Below are positions 39,252-49,161 of a DNA stretch of 64,000 nt, in pieces. The position numbers were made by a program, and so were the translations under genes. The notes beneath the pieces are model-generated. The model did no database searches. It was not told where the DNA came from and worked only from the letters and a program-made list of their open reading frames with translations. The first letter of the stretch is position 1, and every line of letters starts with the position of its first letter. Source of the stretch: an uncultured Spirochaetales bacterium (GTDB lineage: Bacteria > Spirochaetota > Spirochaetia > JAFGDJ01); assembly GCA_964410865.1 (NCBI GenBank), contig CAYPIQ010000009.1:9585-73584 (forward strand), written 5' to 3'.

Positions 39252-40621
39252 AGCAAGTACCTCTCCTGTTCCTTCTCACTCTTCTTCTCGCCGGCTGCGG
39301 GCGCATGGTGTGGTTCTTCGATTATACACCGCCGCGGGTTATGGAAGTCCGTGTTGACGAAGGAGTAACAGTGACATTTTCCGAAGAAATGTCCAGGCCG
39401 GTCACCGAGGAGGCTTTCCGGATGGTGGTCGACGACCTACCCGTGGAAGGTGATTTTACCTGGAAGGGTTCGTCAATGTACTTTACCCCCTACATTCCCT
39501 TCCAAGAAAACCCGGTATACCTGGTGACCCTGGACACCGGCGCGGAAGATCTCCACGGTAATTCTCTGGCTGAAGTCTACACTGCCTCTCCGGACCGATC
39601 TTCCGATACCGATCCCCCGCGGGTTACCGAGTATTCACCCGCCCGGGGAGAGCGTGTACATGATCCAAGGCCCCCGGTTACCATTTCCTTTTCGGAACCG
39701 GTTCTTCCCGAAAATTTCCTCCCGGCACTGCGGGTTTCGCCGGTTTTTACTTTTTCCATAGAATGGAACTCCGGCTGCGAATCTGTCATACTGCTCCCCT
39801 TAGAAGATCTGCGGAAGGATACCGAGTACAGGATCTCCGTCGGCAGTGAGTGCACCGATGAAGCCTCGAACGGCCTCAGGCCGGAATGCGCCTTTTACTT
39901 CAAAACCACCCGGGAAGAGACCCCGGAGCTCACCTCGGTGAAGGCCCTCGCGAGCGGCGTGGTGCTCGAGGATCTTGAAACCCGGGAGGTGAACAAGGGT
40001 ATCAGGCACGACGATGTCTTTGAATTAAACTTTTCACAGGCCCTCCGGGAGATGGACATCGATTCGATGGTAGCCCTCGGCCCGGATACGGCGGCGACCT
40101 TCAGGGCGGAGGGAGAATCCACGTTTATCCTCTCTCCGGATACCCCCCTCGAATACGGAAAGGAATACAGCCTGACCATACTCGATGAAACTTATAATCT
40201 CTATTGTAATAACGAAGAATCCATGCCCCCGGCGATTACCGATATCTATATATGCACCGACGGCGCCGGGGCCACCGAAATGCTCCTGCAGCATTCTATA
40301 ACGGAATCCTCGGGAACGGCGGACTTCTATGTCTTTTTGGCCTCTTATACCGGGGTCACTTTTTCAGGGGTCCTCGACAGTTTTGATATCGATATAACCA
40401 ATGCCTGTATCGATCTGGAAATCCTGACGGTTACTGAAAACCCGACACTTCCCGACGGGCTTCGGGAACCCGGGGATACGGAAACAGTGTACCGTTTCTC
40501 GGGGACAATACTGGACCCCCCTCCTCCCGGTATAGTCTCCTTCTCCTTTGATACCCGTTTGGTATCGAAGACCGGGGTCCGTCTACCCCGGGAAGCGGTT
40601 TTTCAAATATCCAACCTCTAG
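39248..40621 (+). CDS. lipoprotein with tandem Ig-like (SbsA/Big_5-type) domains
   Basis: 457 aa; lipobox LLLAGCG; two DxxPPRVxE...VTxxFSExM/V repeats characteristic of Big_5/SbsA Ig-like domains; ATGA overlap with the previous gene. Confidence 0.55.
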   Translation: MKQVPLLFLLTLLLAGCGRMVWFFDYTPPRVMEVRVDEGVTVTFSEEMSRPVTEEAFRMVVDDLPVEGDFTWKGSSMYFTPYIPFQENPVYLVTLDTGAEDLHGNSLAEVYTASPDRSSDTDPPRVTEYSPARGERVHDPRPPVTISFSEPVLPENFLPALRVSPVFTFSIEWNSGCESVILLPLEDLRKDTEYRISVGSECTDEASNGLRPECAFYFKTTREETPELTSVKALASGVVLEDLETREVNKGIRHDDVFELNFSQALREMDIDSMVALGPDTAATFRAEGESTFILSPDTPLEYGKEYSLTILDETYNLYCNNEESMPPAITDIYICTDGAGATEMLLQHSITESSGTADFYVFLASYTGVTFSGVLDSFDIDITNACIDLEILTVTENPTLPDGLREPGDTETVYRFSGTILDPPPPGIVSFSFDTRLVSKTGVRLPREAVFQISNL

Positions 40622-40633
40622 CCGGGGGGTTAC

Positions 40634-43552
40634 ATGAGTTTTTCCGTCAGGCATCCGAAATCGATTATCGCCCTGTTTCTCATGGTACTCCTGTACGGGA
40701 GCATATCACTCTCGAGACTCCCGATCGAACGGTTGCCGAATATTATTATTCCTGAAGCCGTTGTGGTCTGTGAGCGTACCGGTCTGCCCGCCGATGACAT
40801 GGAATCCATGATTACGATACCCCTGGAAAAAGCCATGGCCGGTATTCCCGGGGTAATCGAAACAAGAAGTATTACCAAGCAGGGCATATCCAGGGTCTGC
40901 CTCTGTTTCGACTGGAATACCGACATCACGGAAAAAGCGATTCTGGTCCGGGAAGCCGCCGATGCGGTATACCCCGCCCTGCCGGAGGGGACTGACAGAC
41001 CCTACGTGGACTTCCGGCAGGCGGACGGCGCTCCGTTTATTGAACTTTCCTTTTTCCCGGAGGAAGACACCGGAAACCTGAAAGCTTCCGATATCATGCG
41101 TAACGATATACTGCACAGGTTTCACCGCCTCGAGGGTGTTGCATCGGTCCGCCTGCTCGGTGCGGATGAAGAGGAAATAAAAGTATTTGCCGATTCGGAA
41201 AAACTCGCCTCCCTGGGAATCACCGTCGGGCACATTACCGAAAGTCTTTCCGCTCACATGTTCTCCCTGCCCCTGGGCACGATCGAGGACGGCCTGGAAC
41301 ACCGGGTAATTGCCTCCACGAATGTTCGAACCATTGAAGATATCAAGGCCCTTCCGCTGGCCGTTTCTTCCGGATACATTACCGTGGGTGAAGGCGCAAC
41401 GGTATGCAGGGGAACAAAGGAAATTCGGTCTCTTTACTGCGCAGGAAACACATCGGCATATGGAATTCTTCTGTCAAAAACTGCAGGCGCCGACGCCGCC
41501 GATATATCTCACAGGGTAAGGGACTTACTCGATGATATTAATTCCGAGTTCCGGGGAGTTCTGCGGGGCGCCGTTCTATACGACGGAACCGAAGATATAT
41601 CCTCGTCTCTCCGTTCCGCCGTAGTATCTCTTCTCCTCGGTGCAGGAGCGGCCATGCTTACGGTATTACTTGTGTACCGTGACCTCCGGGTGGGATTGAT
41701 CATCAGTATAAACCTTCCGGCTTCACTCTTTCTGGTATTTCCGGTTATGGACCTGCTCTCCCTCCACCTCAACACCATTTCACTTCTCGGCATGGCCGTG
41801 GCTTCGGGCATGGTAGTGGATAATGCAATTGTTGTTTTCGAAGGAATTACGGAAGAATCGGCTTCCACCGCGGAAGAGGTAATACAGGCCGTACGAAAAG
41901 CCGTTGCTCCTGTCCTTGGTTCTACCGTTTCCACGGTGCTGGTATTTCTGCCGGTTATGCTTATTCCCGGGATAATGGGTGCTCTCTTCAGGGATCTTGT
42001 CCTGTCTATCGCCCTGTTTCTCAGCGGTTCATTCTTCTGGGCCCTTGTCCTTACCCCCGCGCTTTATATGCTGCTGATACATAAAACCCACGGGATGCCG
42101 CGGTTCGCCCCGGCAGGTCTTCAGAAGCGTTTTTTCACCTGGTCAAAGCCGCTGAGCCGACATCCCCGAAGTGCGGCATTGTTCCTCGCCGCCTTCGGGG
42201 TAATCTGCGCCCTAGTGCTGCTTCAGAGGGGCACCAGGCTCTTCCCTGAAGGAACGTCCAGGTATATAGAATTCACCCTGGACCTAGACCCGGCACTCCC
42301 GGTTGAAGAGGTGCACCAACGTCTGCTCGGATTGTCATCCCTTACAGGTTTCCGGCAGGATGAGACGGCCTGGTTCCGGGCTTTCTCCGGCTGCGATGCC
42401 GCATCTGTTCCGGACAAAAGCGACCCGGAAAACGAACTTTACCATGTCCGGGGAGTCATGAAGGTGAATAGGCCTTGCACAACGGAGGACGCATTACGGT
42501 TTCAGGATCACATCACCGCTTTCGAGGGATGCCTCCGGGGGACTGCCCGGCTCCGTAGGGTGGGGATCGAAAGGATCCTCGAAGGGGGGCAATTATGCAG
42601 CTATATTGTAACGGCTCCTACCCGGCCGGAAGCCGAAAAGAAGGCCGTACAGCTCGCGGAAACCATTACACGGGTTAATGAGGATATCCGCTTGAGGTTC
42701 GGCCAGGAAAAAATATGTCCGGCCTCGGAACTTCGGCTTGATTACGATAAACTGGCGGATTCAGGAGTCGACTGTACTTCCGTTATGAGACTCCTACGCC
42801 GTAATATCCAGGGGGATATCGCCGCCGTTCTGGAAGAGGAAGAACGCCGGAGCGATGTGCGTGTACTTTTACAATCAGACCGGAGCCGGCACATCGAGGA
42901 TATACTCAACCATTCGGTACCGGTCGAGAACGGCTTTATCAGTCTGAAGGAGCTGGGTGTATTAAACGAGAGTAAAACATACCCCTACCTGTTACGTATC
43001 GATCGCAGCCCCGCCATAGAGCTTTTCGCCGAACTGCCTTTCCGGGCCGAAGTGCCTGTCCGCGACGGTCCGGGAATACGACGGGTAGAGAACCAGACGG
43101 CCGAAGCACGCCGTATCGGTCGCACCTTTGCAGCGGCCATCCTTTTGATATATCTCTTCCTGGTATTTCTCTTCGAAAATTTTCTACAGCCCTTGTTCAT
43201 GCTGACGATTGTCGGCGCCGGGATAACCGGAAGCCTTACCGCCCTGGCAGTGGGAGGGCTTTCTCTCAACCTCTACTCTTGCCTGGGACTGCTTATTATG
43301 ACGGGCACCTCTTTGAACATGGTTATCCTGGTTTCGGAAAAAATGGGAGGCGAAGGCACGACTGCGTCGGCTCTTACCATGGCTTTCCCCGGAATTTTTA
43401 CTTCGACCTTTACAACCCTTACCGCCCTGGTTCCGCTATTCTTCCTCGGCGACGGGCCGGATATCCCCGCAGTTATGAGCGGTGGACTGGCTTTTTCAAT
43501 GGTCTATTCCCTGACTGTGTACCCCCGGTTATGGAAGGCCGGCACATTATGA
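40634..43552 (+). CDS. RND efflux transporter permease (AcrB/HAE family), first of a tandem pair
   Basis: 972 aa; 12-TM RND architecture with two large periplasmic loops; N-terminal SIIALFLMVLLYG...LPIERLP...IPEAVVV is typical of AcrB-like pumps. Confidence 0.85.
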   Translation: MSFSVRHPKSIIALFLMVLLYGSISLSRLPIERLPNIIIPEAVVVCERTGLPADDMESMITIPLEKAMAGIPGVIETRSITKQGISRVCLCFDWNTDITEKAILVREAADAVYPALPEGTDRPYVDFRQADGAPFIELSFFPEEDTGNLKASDIMRNDILHRFHRLEGVASVRLLGADEEEIKVFADSEKLASLGITVGHITESLSAHMFSLPLGTIEDGLEHRVIASTNVRTIEDIKALPLAVSSGYITVGEGATVCRGTKEIRSLYCAGNTSAYGILLSKTAGADAADISHRVRDLLDDINSEFRGVLRGAVLYDGTEDISSSLRSAVVSLLLGAGAAMLTVLLVYRDLRVGLIISINLPASLFLVFPVMDLLSLHLNTISLLGMAVASGMVVDNAIVVFEGITEESASTAEEVIQAVRKAVAPVLGSTVSTVLVFLPVMLIPGIMGALFRDLVLSIALFLSGSFFWALVLTPALYMLLIHKTHGMPRFAPAGLQKRFFTWSKPLSRHPRSAALFLAAFGVICALVLLQRGTRLFPEGTSRYIEFTLDLDPALPVEEVHQRLLGLSSLTGFRQDETAWFRAFSGCDAASVPDKSDPENELYHVRGVMKVNRPCTTEDALRFQDHITAFEGCLRGTARLRRVGIERILEGGQLCSYIVTAPTRPEAEKKAVQLAETITRVNEDIRLRFGQEKICPASELRLDYDKLADSGVDCTSVMRLLRRNIQGDIAAVLEEEERRSDVRVLLQSDRSRHIEDILNHSVPVENGFISLKELGVLNESKTYPYLLRIDRSPAIELFAELPFRAEVPVRDGPGIRRVENQTAEARRIGRTFAAAILLIYLFLVFLFENFLQPLFMLTIVGAGITGSLTALAVGGLSLNLYSCLGLLIMTGTSLNMVILVSEKMGGEGTTASALTMAFPGIFTSTFTTLTALVPLFFLGDGPDIPAVMSGGLAFSMVYSLTVYPRLWKAGTL

Positions 43553-46440
43553 TTTCCGTTATACACACATCCGGCCGGTCCAGAACAACCGCGGCATTTC
43601 TCATGCTCAGCTGTATAATAATCTGGGTTGCCCGGGGGGTAGCCTTTGAATACTATCCACCGGGCACCGATCGATGGACCTGTATTATATTCGAGTATCC
43701 CGGTGCTTCGGCGGAACTACTCGAGGAGAGCATCATTCGACCTTTCGAAGAGTTCACCGCCGGAATCGCCGGCATCAGAGAACAACAGGTTATTATCCAT
43801 GACGGCCGGGCCCGTTATTATATCGGGCATCATCCTTCCGTTTCCCCCGTCGATGCCCTGGTACAGATACGCGGCTCTTTAAAACGTTTGGACCCCATAC
43901 TACCGGCCCCGGCCAGGCGGCCTGTTATAGAATCCGGAGGACAGTCGGAGAACCCGGTGCTCATTATCGGACTCACGCCGGCTCCAGGGATGAGTGTGGA
44001 AACCCTGGTGCAGGTATTCTCCGGGATAGAAGGCTGCAGCCGGGTTGAAACCTGCGGTCATGAGCACGAATCACTCTATATCGAAACCCGGGAAGATGCA
44101 TCCAATACAGCCTTACTGTCGATACAGGATATTCTCACCGCACTATCCGGACGCACAGCTTCGGGTTCTCTGACCCTGGAAAGCGGTGAGTTCCTGGTCT
44201 TGGATTCCCGTCCGTGGTCCATGGAGGATTATAGGAATATCACCCTGCGGCCGTATCTGCGCCTCGGCGAAACGGCCGATGTGGGTATGCGGACCGGAAA
44301 AGAGTATTCGGCTTCACTTATCAACGGACAAAAACAGGCTGTGGTTCTTCTATATGCCGAAGACGGAGCTGATATTATAAAATTATGTTGCGCCGGTGTG
44401 CGTGCGGCACGGTCCATCCCCGGCGCCGATCCTGTGGTCCTTTACGATCTTGGGCACAGGACCCGGGAGAATCTTACCGACATGCTCTTCAATACGGCGG
44501 CGGGGATAGTTATAGTGATACTTGTTACAATACTGCTTTTGAGAGACCTGAAAGCCGCGGCTCTAGCGTCTCTTACCATCCCCTTCAGCCTTTTTGCAAC
44601 CGCCGCCGTATTTCGTATCACCGGAACATCCCTCAATATGGTAACCATATCGGGCCTGGCGGTTGCCAACGGCCTGGTTATGGACGGCTCTTATATTGTG
44701 ATTACCCACCTCAGGACCGCGGGGATATCCGGCCTCCGGACGTGTGCCGCGGCCCTTTTGGCATCGGTATGTACAACAGCGGCGGTGTGCGTACCGGTAA
44801 GATTACTTACGCCGGAGGTGTATGGTCCTTTCGGTGGACTTTTTTCAGCGGTGTTTTGGACCCTTCTTGCCGGGTATGTCTATAGCCTGGTGTTCATCCC
44901 GGGCTTATACACTCCCCCCAGGAGCCTGCCATCCGCCACCGGGGGCCTCATGCGCGGCGGCGCCGGGGCTCTGTTTAACTTTGGTAAGCGTCGTCCGGTT
45001 CTTTCGACGGTATATGTGGCTTCCGGATGCCTTGTTGCCTGTTTCCTGTTGGGATATACGCCCTTTGAAAGAGTACCGTTAAAGGATACTCATGTTCTGA
45101 ACTTTCAGATCGAGTTTCCCGCCGGGACTCCCCTTGACCGGATGATCCGATCGGCCGGCCCCATGGAACATGCCCTTCAGGAAATTCCGGGGGTAATGAA
45201 CGTTTCCAGCCGATACAGGGATGAACAGATCAGGATATGCCTTTCCCTGGCTACCCGGACATCGGAAGAAACCGTTGCAGATAAGGTTCAACGATTACAC
45301 TACCTGATACCCGGGGGCGATATTCATATACCGAAACAAAGTGGCCGGAAAGACATGGAGGTGAGGGTATACGGACCGGATAACATACTGCTGCGGTCCA
45401 TTGCCGCCGACCTCGGGGGACATATCGAAGAAAAATTTCCCGGTTGTAAGGTTATCCTTCATTTCAAAGAACCCGTGGAGACCTGCCTTCTCTCTATCAA
45501 TACGGACAAGACGGCTTCCGCCGGGATCACTCCGCTTAAACTCTATCAGGAATTATACTGGAAATTTCTCGAACCCGTCGGCGGGAAGGCGTTTTTTTCC
45601 GGCGGGGAAAGGGATATTCATGTGACCCGTACAAAGCCGTCCGGCCCGGTAACACTACAGGAATATCTTCACACCACTTTGTCCGTACCAGGAGGACATT
45701 CCCCTGTCGGTGAGTTTGTCTCTGCCTGTTATGTTCCTTCCACCGGCACTATCTATCGGTACAATCGGCGGAGGGTACAGTCCCTTACACTGCGGTTTCC
45801 TGAACGTACCTCCGAAAAAAGGATCCGTTCTATAATAGAATACCTCGCCGCATACCCGGTCAGGGACGGTTATTCCATCCGGGTGGGTTCGCATTCTTTG
45901 GAAGATCAGGAGAGTCGAAAACGAATTACTATATCCGCCCTGGCAGGGACGGCCTCGGTGGTACTTATCATTTTTTTCTACTTTGGTTCCTTCAATAAAG
46001 CCCTGGCATGCCTGGTTATCGGGCTCGGAGCGCTTCCTCTGCCGGTGTTCTTACATATTATTGTTTTCCAAAAAGCGGTATCTACACCACTTGTGCTGGG
46101 CCTTCTGCTGGTATTCGGTGTTCAGGTTAATAACGGAATCATCCTTCTTAGACACCGTGAAGATACACCGGGTGATCTGTTCGTCCGTCTCTGCTCCAAG
46201 GCGGAGGCCATTCTGGGGGCGGCGATAACCAGTACGGCGGGGATACTACCACTGCTGGTGCTGGAATCGGAGACCCGCCGGTTCATGGCAGCCCTGCTGG
46301 GGACACTGGCAGCGGGAACTTTGTACGGAACCCTGATACTACCGGTATTGCTGGGGGCCTTTCAATCCAGGATTATGCAAAAGTACCGGGGAACGAAATC
46401 CTCCCCCTCGATCCCTTCTACCCTCATCAGGTTGAAATAA
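43549..46440 (+). CDS. RND efflux transporter permease (AcrB/HAE family), second of the tandem pair
   Basis: 964 aa from an ATG in an ATGA overlap with the upstream stop (the track ORF extends further upstream in-frame into the first RND gene); RND topology throughout. Confidence 0.85.
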   Translation: MISVIHTSGRSRTTAAFLMLSCIIIWVARGVAFEYYPPGTDRWTCIIFEYPGASAELLEESIIRPFEEFTAGIAGIREQQVIIHDGRARYYIGHHPSVSPVDALVQIRGSLKRLDPILPAPARRPVIESGGQSENPVLIIGLTPAPGMSVETLVQVFSGIEGCSRVETCGHEHESLYIETREDASNTALLSIQDILTALSGRTASGSLTLESGEFLVLDSRPWSMEDYRNITLRPYLRLGETADVGMRTGKEYSASLINGQKQAVVLLYAEDGADIIKLCCAGVRAARSIPGADPVVLYDLGHRTRENLTDMLFNTAAGIVIVILVTILLLRDLKAAALASLTIPFSLFATAAVFRITGTSLNMVTISGLAVANGLVMDGSYIVITHLRTAGISGLRTCAAALLASVCTTAAVCVPVRLLTPEVYGPFGGLFSAVFWTLLAGYVYSLVFIPGLYTPPRSLPSATGGLMRGGAGALFNFGKRRPVLSTVYVASGCLVACFLLGYTPFERVPLKDTHVLNFQIEFPAGTPLDRMIRSAGPMEHALQEIPGVMNVSSRYRDEQIRICLSLATRTSEETVADKVQRLHYLIPGGDIHIPKQSGRKDMEVRVYGPDNILLRSIAADLGGHIEEKFPGCKVILHFKEPVETCLLSINTDKTASAGITPLKLYQELYWKFLEPVGGKAFFSGGERDIHVTRTKPSGPVTLQEYLHTTLSVPGGHSPVGEFVSACYVPSTGTIYRYNRRRVQSLTLRFPERTSEKRIRSIIEYLAAYPVRDGYSIRVGSHSLEDQESRKRITISALAGTASVVLIIFFYFGSFNKALACLVIGLGALPLPVFLHIIVFQKAVSTPLVLGLLLVFGVQVNNGIILLRHREDTPGDLFVRLCSKAEAILGAAITSTAGILPLLVLESETRRFMAALLGTLAAGTLYGTLILPVLLGAFQSRIMQKYRGTKSSPSIPSTLIRLK

Positions 46441-46533
46441 TCTTGCCATTACATTATCTTTAGGGTTATATTTTGCAATTTTATCACGAGGTAGCTATCC
46501 CTATGTATTAGCGCAATTTTTGCGGGTTAGAAG

Positions 46534-48555
46534 ATGAAAAAAGATACCAATAAAACCATTCTACTGGTGGAAGATGAAACACTCATCGCCATGGCCGAAG
46601 CAGCTCACCTGGAAAAGACCGGCTACAACGTTATTACCGTATACACGGGAGAGGCCGCCATCGAAGCCGTCGAATCATCTCCCGAGATAGCATTGATCCT
46701 CATGGATATCGACCTGGGCAAGGATAGAATGGACGGGACCGTGACAGCCGAACACATCCTATCCGGTCATGATCTGCCGGTTGTTTTTCTTTCCAGCCAC
46801 ATGGAATCCGAGATCGTGGAGAAAACGGAAAAAATCACCTCCTACGGATATATTGTAAAGGATTCGGGCTATAAAGTCCTGGATGCCTCGATACGGATGG
46901 CTCTCAAGTTGTTCGAAGCCAATCAGGAAATCAAAGAGAGCAGGAAAGAGGCGGAAAAAGCCTACCTGGAAATGGAGCGGAGGGAAGAACGCCTGCAGCA
47001 TATGAACCGCGTTCTCCTGTCCATTCGAAACGTCAATCAGCTGATAACGAAAGAAAACGACCGGCACAGGCTTTTGCAACAAGCATGCCGACTGCTCATA
47101 GAGACCAGCGGGTATCACAGCGCCTCGGTTATTCTTATCGAAGACAATGTGCCCCTGGAACCCTTTTATTATACCGGCCCCGGACAGAATTTTGCCCCCA
47201 TGGCCGAAGAATTACGGGCAGGTCATATTCCTCCTTGTATTCTCGAAGCCCTTGAGACCGGCAAAATCGTTCTCCTTAACAGTGCGCACCATGCATGTCC
47301 CGGTTGCCCCCTTCTTACGCATGACGATTATCATGTATTCAGTGATTCACGAGCCGACGGAATGGTTACACGCCTCGAACACGGCGGATTTGTATACGGG
47401 TGGATAATCGTATCCGTCCCCAGGGGCTTCCTGATGGATGAAGAAGAACGCCAATTGTTTCGGGAAATCTCCGGAGACATCGCACTTGCACTGTACAAGA
47501 ACAGGATAGAGGAAGAAAAGGAACGCTTTAACACCATGCTGACCGAGAGCCGGGAAGCCCTCAGAAAAAATGAAGACCGTTTGCAGAAAATACTAACGGC
47601 TGCACAGGACGGCACCTGGGACTGGGACCTCAACACCGGTACGGTATTTTTTGACCCCCGATATTATGAGATGGCGGGGTACACCTTTAACGAGTTCCCG
47701 CCGGAGTATGAAGAATTCCGAAAACGAGTCCATCCTGAAGATCTCCCCCTGGTCGAACGCACTATTAACCTCCACCTCGAAGGGGCAATAGATCACTTCA
47801 GCGTGGAGTTCAGATTTTTACAATGTAACGGAGAATGGCTATGGATTCTGGGAAGGGGAAAGATCGTAGAAAAAAATGAAGACGGCACCCCTGCACGCTT
47901 TGTAGGCACCCATACCGATATCTCGCGGCTTAAGCAGGTGGAAAGCCGGTTGGAAGAGGCCCTCCGCGAAAAGGACACACTGCTGCGGGAGCTCAAACAC
48001 CGGGTTAAAAATAATTTCAACATGATGACAAGCATGATACATCTTAAAATGGACACCCTGGAGGACAAGGCGACCATCGACTGTCTGAAAGAAGTGGAAA
48101 ACAGAATTAATGCGTTTTCCGAACTCTATACCCAGCTCTACCGGGATGAAAATCAGAAAGAAATTCAACTCGAGACCTACCTGGAAAACTTGATTACATC
48201 CATGAACACTACCGCCGGTGATGTAAGAATTCGTTTTGATTTAGCGGAGACGACCATTCCCATGAAAAAGGCGGCTACGCTGGGGCTTATCGTCACAGAG
48301 CTGGTAACCAACGCTCTCAAGCACTCCTTCCCCGATAGTCGGCATGGCACCATAATGATCAAGCACTCCGAAAAAGGAAGCACCTCCGTACTCGTAGTGG
48401 AAAACGACGGTATACCTTTCCCGCAGGATTTCAGCATCGATTCATCCCCGGGGCTCGGTCTGAAGATGGTCCGGGGTATGGTGAAAGACCTTAACGGAAC
48501 CCTGGCTATCCATGGCAACAAAAAGTCCGGAGTATACATAACCTTTAAACCCTGA
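46534..48555 (+). CDS. hybrid signalling protein: REC - Cys-rich GAF - PAS - HisKA_2 - HATPase_c histidine kinase
   Basis: 673 aa; N-terminal receiver (LLVEDE...ILMDIDLG); GAF-like segment with HHACPGCPLL; PAS with the DGTWDWDL signature; H-box LKHRVKNNFNMMTSM typical of HisKA_2/HWE kinases; ATP-binding domain. Confidence 0.8.
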   Translation: MKKDTNKTILLVEDETLIAMAEAAHLEKTGYNVITVYTGEAAIEAVESSPEIALILMDIDLGKDRMDGTVTAEHILSGHDLPVVFLSSHMESEIVEKTEKITSYGYIVKDSGYKVLDASIRMALKLFEANQEIKESRKEAEKAYLEMERREERLQHMNRVLLSIRNVNQLITKENDRHRLLQQACRLLIETSGYHSASVILIEDNVPLEPFYYTGPGQNFAPMAEELRAGHIPPCILEALETGKIVLLNSAHHACPGCPLLTHDDYHVFSDSRADGMVTRLEHGGFVYGWIIVSVPRGFLMDEEERQLFREISGDIALALYKNRIEEEKERFNTMLTESREALRKNEDRLQKILTAAQDGTWDWDLNTGTVFFDPRYYEMAGYTFNEFPPEYEEFRKRVHPEDLPLVERTINLHLEGAIDHFSVEFRFLQCNGEWLWILGRGKIVEKNEDGTPARFVGTHTDISRLKQVESRLEEALREKDTLLRELKHRVKNNFNMMTSMIHLKMDTLEDKATIDCLKEVENRINAFSELYTQLYRDENQKEIQLETYLENLITSMNTTAGDVRIRFDLAETTIPMKKAATLGLIVTELVTNALKHSFPDSRHGTIMIKHSEKGSTSVLVVENDGIPFPQDFSIDSSPGLGLKMVRGMVKDLNGTLAIHGNKKSGVYITFKP

Positions 48556-48652
48556 CTGGCAGTTTCAATATCTCCAAATCCTAATGTATTACATACACTG
48601 AATAGGTACTATCCAGAAAGAAAAAATATCCTTTCCGCCCGATTGATTTGCA

Positions 48653-48746
48653 CGCGGGATTCATACCCCGCGGCTTGCCGCGCTTTTCGGAGCCGAGCCG
48701 GCTGACTGCCTCGACAACGGTTGCGGTACGGGGTATGAATCCCGCA
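48653..48746 (+). ncRNA. candidate structured RNA element (17-bp long-range inverted repeat GCGGGATTCATACCCCG / CGGGGTATGAATCCCGC enclosing a roughly 58-nt GC-rich structured loop)
   Basis: Perfect 17-bp complementary arms at 48654-48670 and 48729-48745 on the same strand, in a 360-nt non-coding gap, immediately followed by an intrinsic terminator and then feoA. Confidence 0.25.
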
Positions 48747-48768
48747 TAAAATCCATACCTTGCAGAAC

Positions 48769-48810
48769 CAACATACCCGCCCCAAGGGGCGGGGTATGTT
48801 GATTTTTTTC
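48769..48810 (+). terminator. Rho-independent terminator
   Basis: GC-rich hairpin CAACATACCCGCCCC-aag-GGGGCGGGGTATGTTG followed by ATTTTTTTTC. Confidence 0.6.
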
Positions 48811-48912
48811 AAACATTATATTAGGTTTAGCTATGCTAGTTAGAGCCGGTGACGAAAGGCTCCGGCATTTCCTCCGGAACAGCCGGGGAAGAGATAAGGA
48901 GATTGCGGTATA

Positions 48913-49143
48913 GTGGACATCATTGCCCTTACTGAACTCGGCCAGGGAGAAGAAGGTATCGTGGTATCACTCCATGGAGGACGGGGAGCCCAGGAGAGAT
49001 TGAGGGCCCTTGGAATAGTAGAAGGCCAGAAGCTCCGGAAATTATCCTCACTTGCCCTAGGGGGGCCTGTTATTGTATTGGTAAACAGGGCACAGATTGC
49101 TCTGGGAAGGGGCATGGCCGGAAAAATTATGGTCCGGCGTTGA
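48913..49143 (+). CDS. feoA: ferrous iron transport protein A
   Basis: 76 aa; SH3-like FeoA fold signature (LTELGQGEEGIVVSL...LRALGIVEGQKL); GTG start with an AAGGAGA RBS; immediately upstream of feoB. Confidence 0.75.
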   Translation: MDIIALTELGQGEEGIVVSLHGGRGAQERLRALGIVEGQKLRKLSSLALGGPVIVLVNRAQIALGRGMAGKIMVRR

Positions 49144-49161
49144 TACAAAGCAGGAAACAGC

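Noticed and set aside
43279-43548. 270-nt upstream extension of the second RND ORF overlapping the first RND gene
   Set aside because: An in-frame ATG at 43549 forms a classic ATGA stop-start overlap and the encoded N-terminus (MISVIHTSGRSR...) matches RND N-termini; the extension has no start context
48880-48912. Possible Fur box upstream of feoA (AACATTATATTAGGTTT region at 48820-48840)
   Set aside because: Only a weak partial resemblance to the GATAATGATAATCATTATC consensus; not enough to call without a position-weight-matrix score
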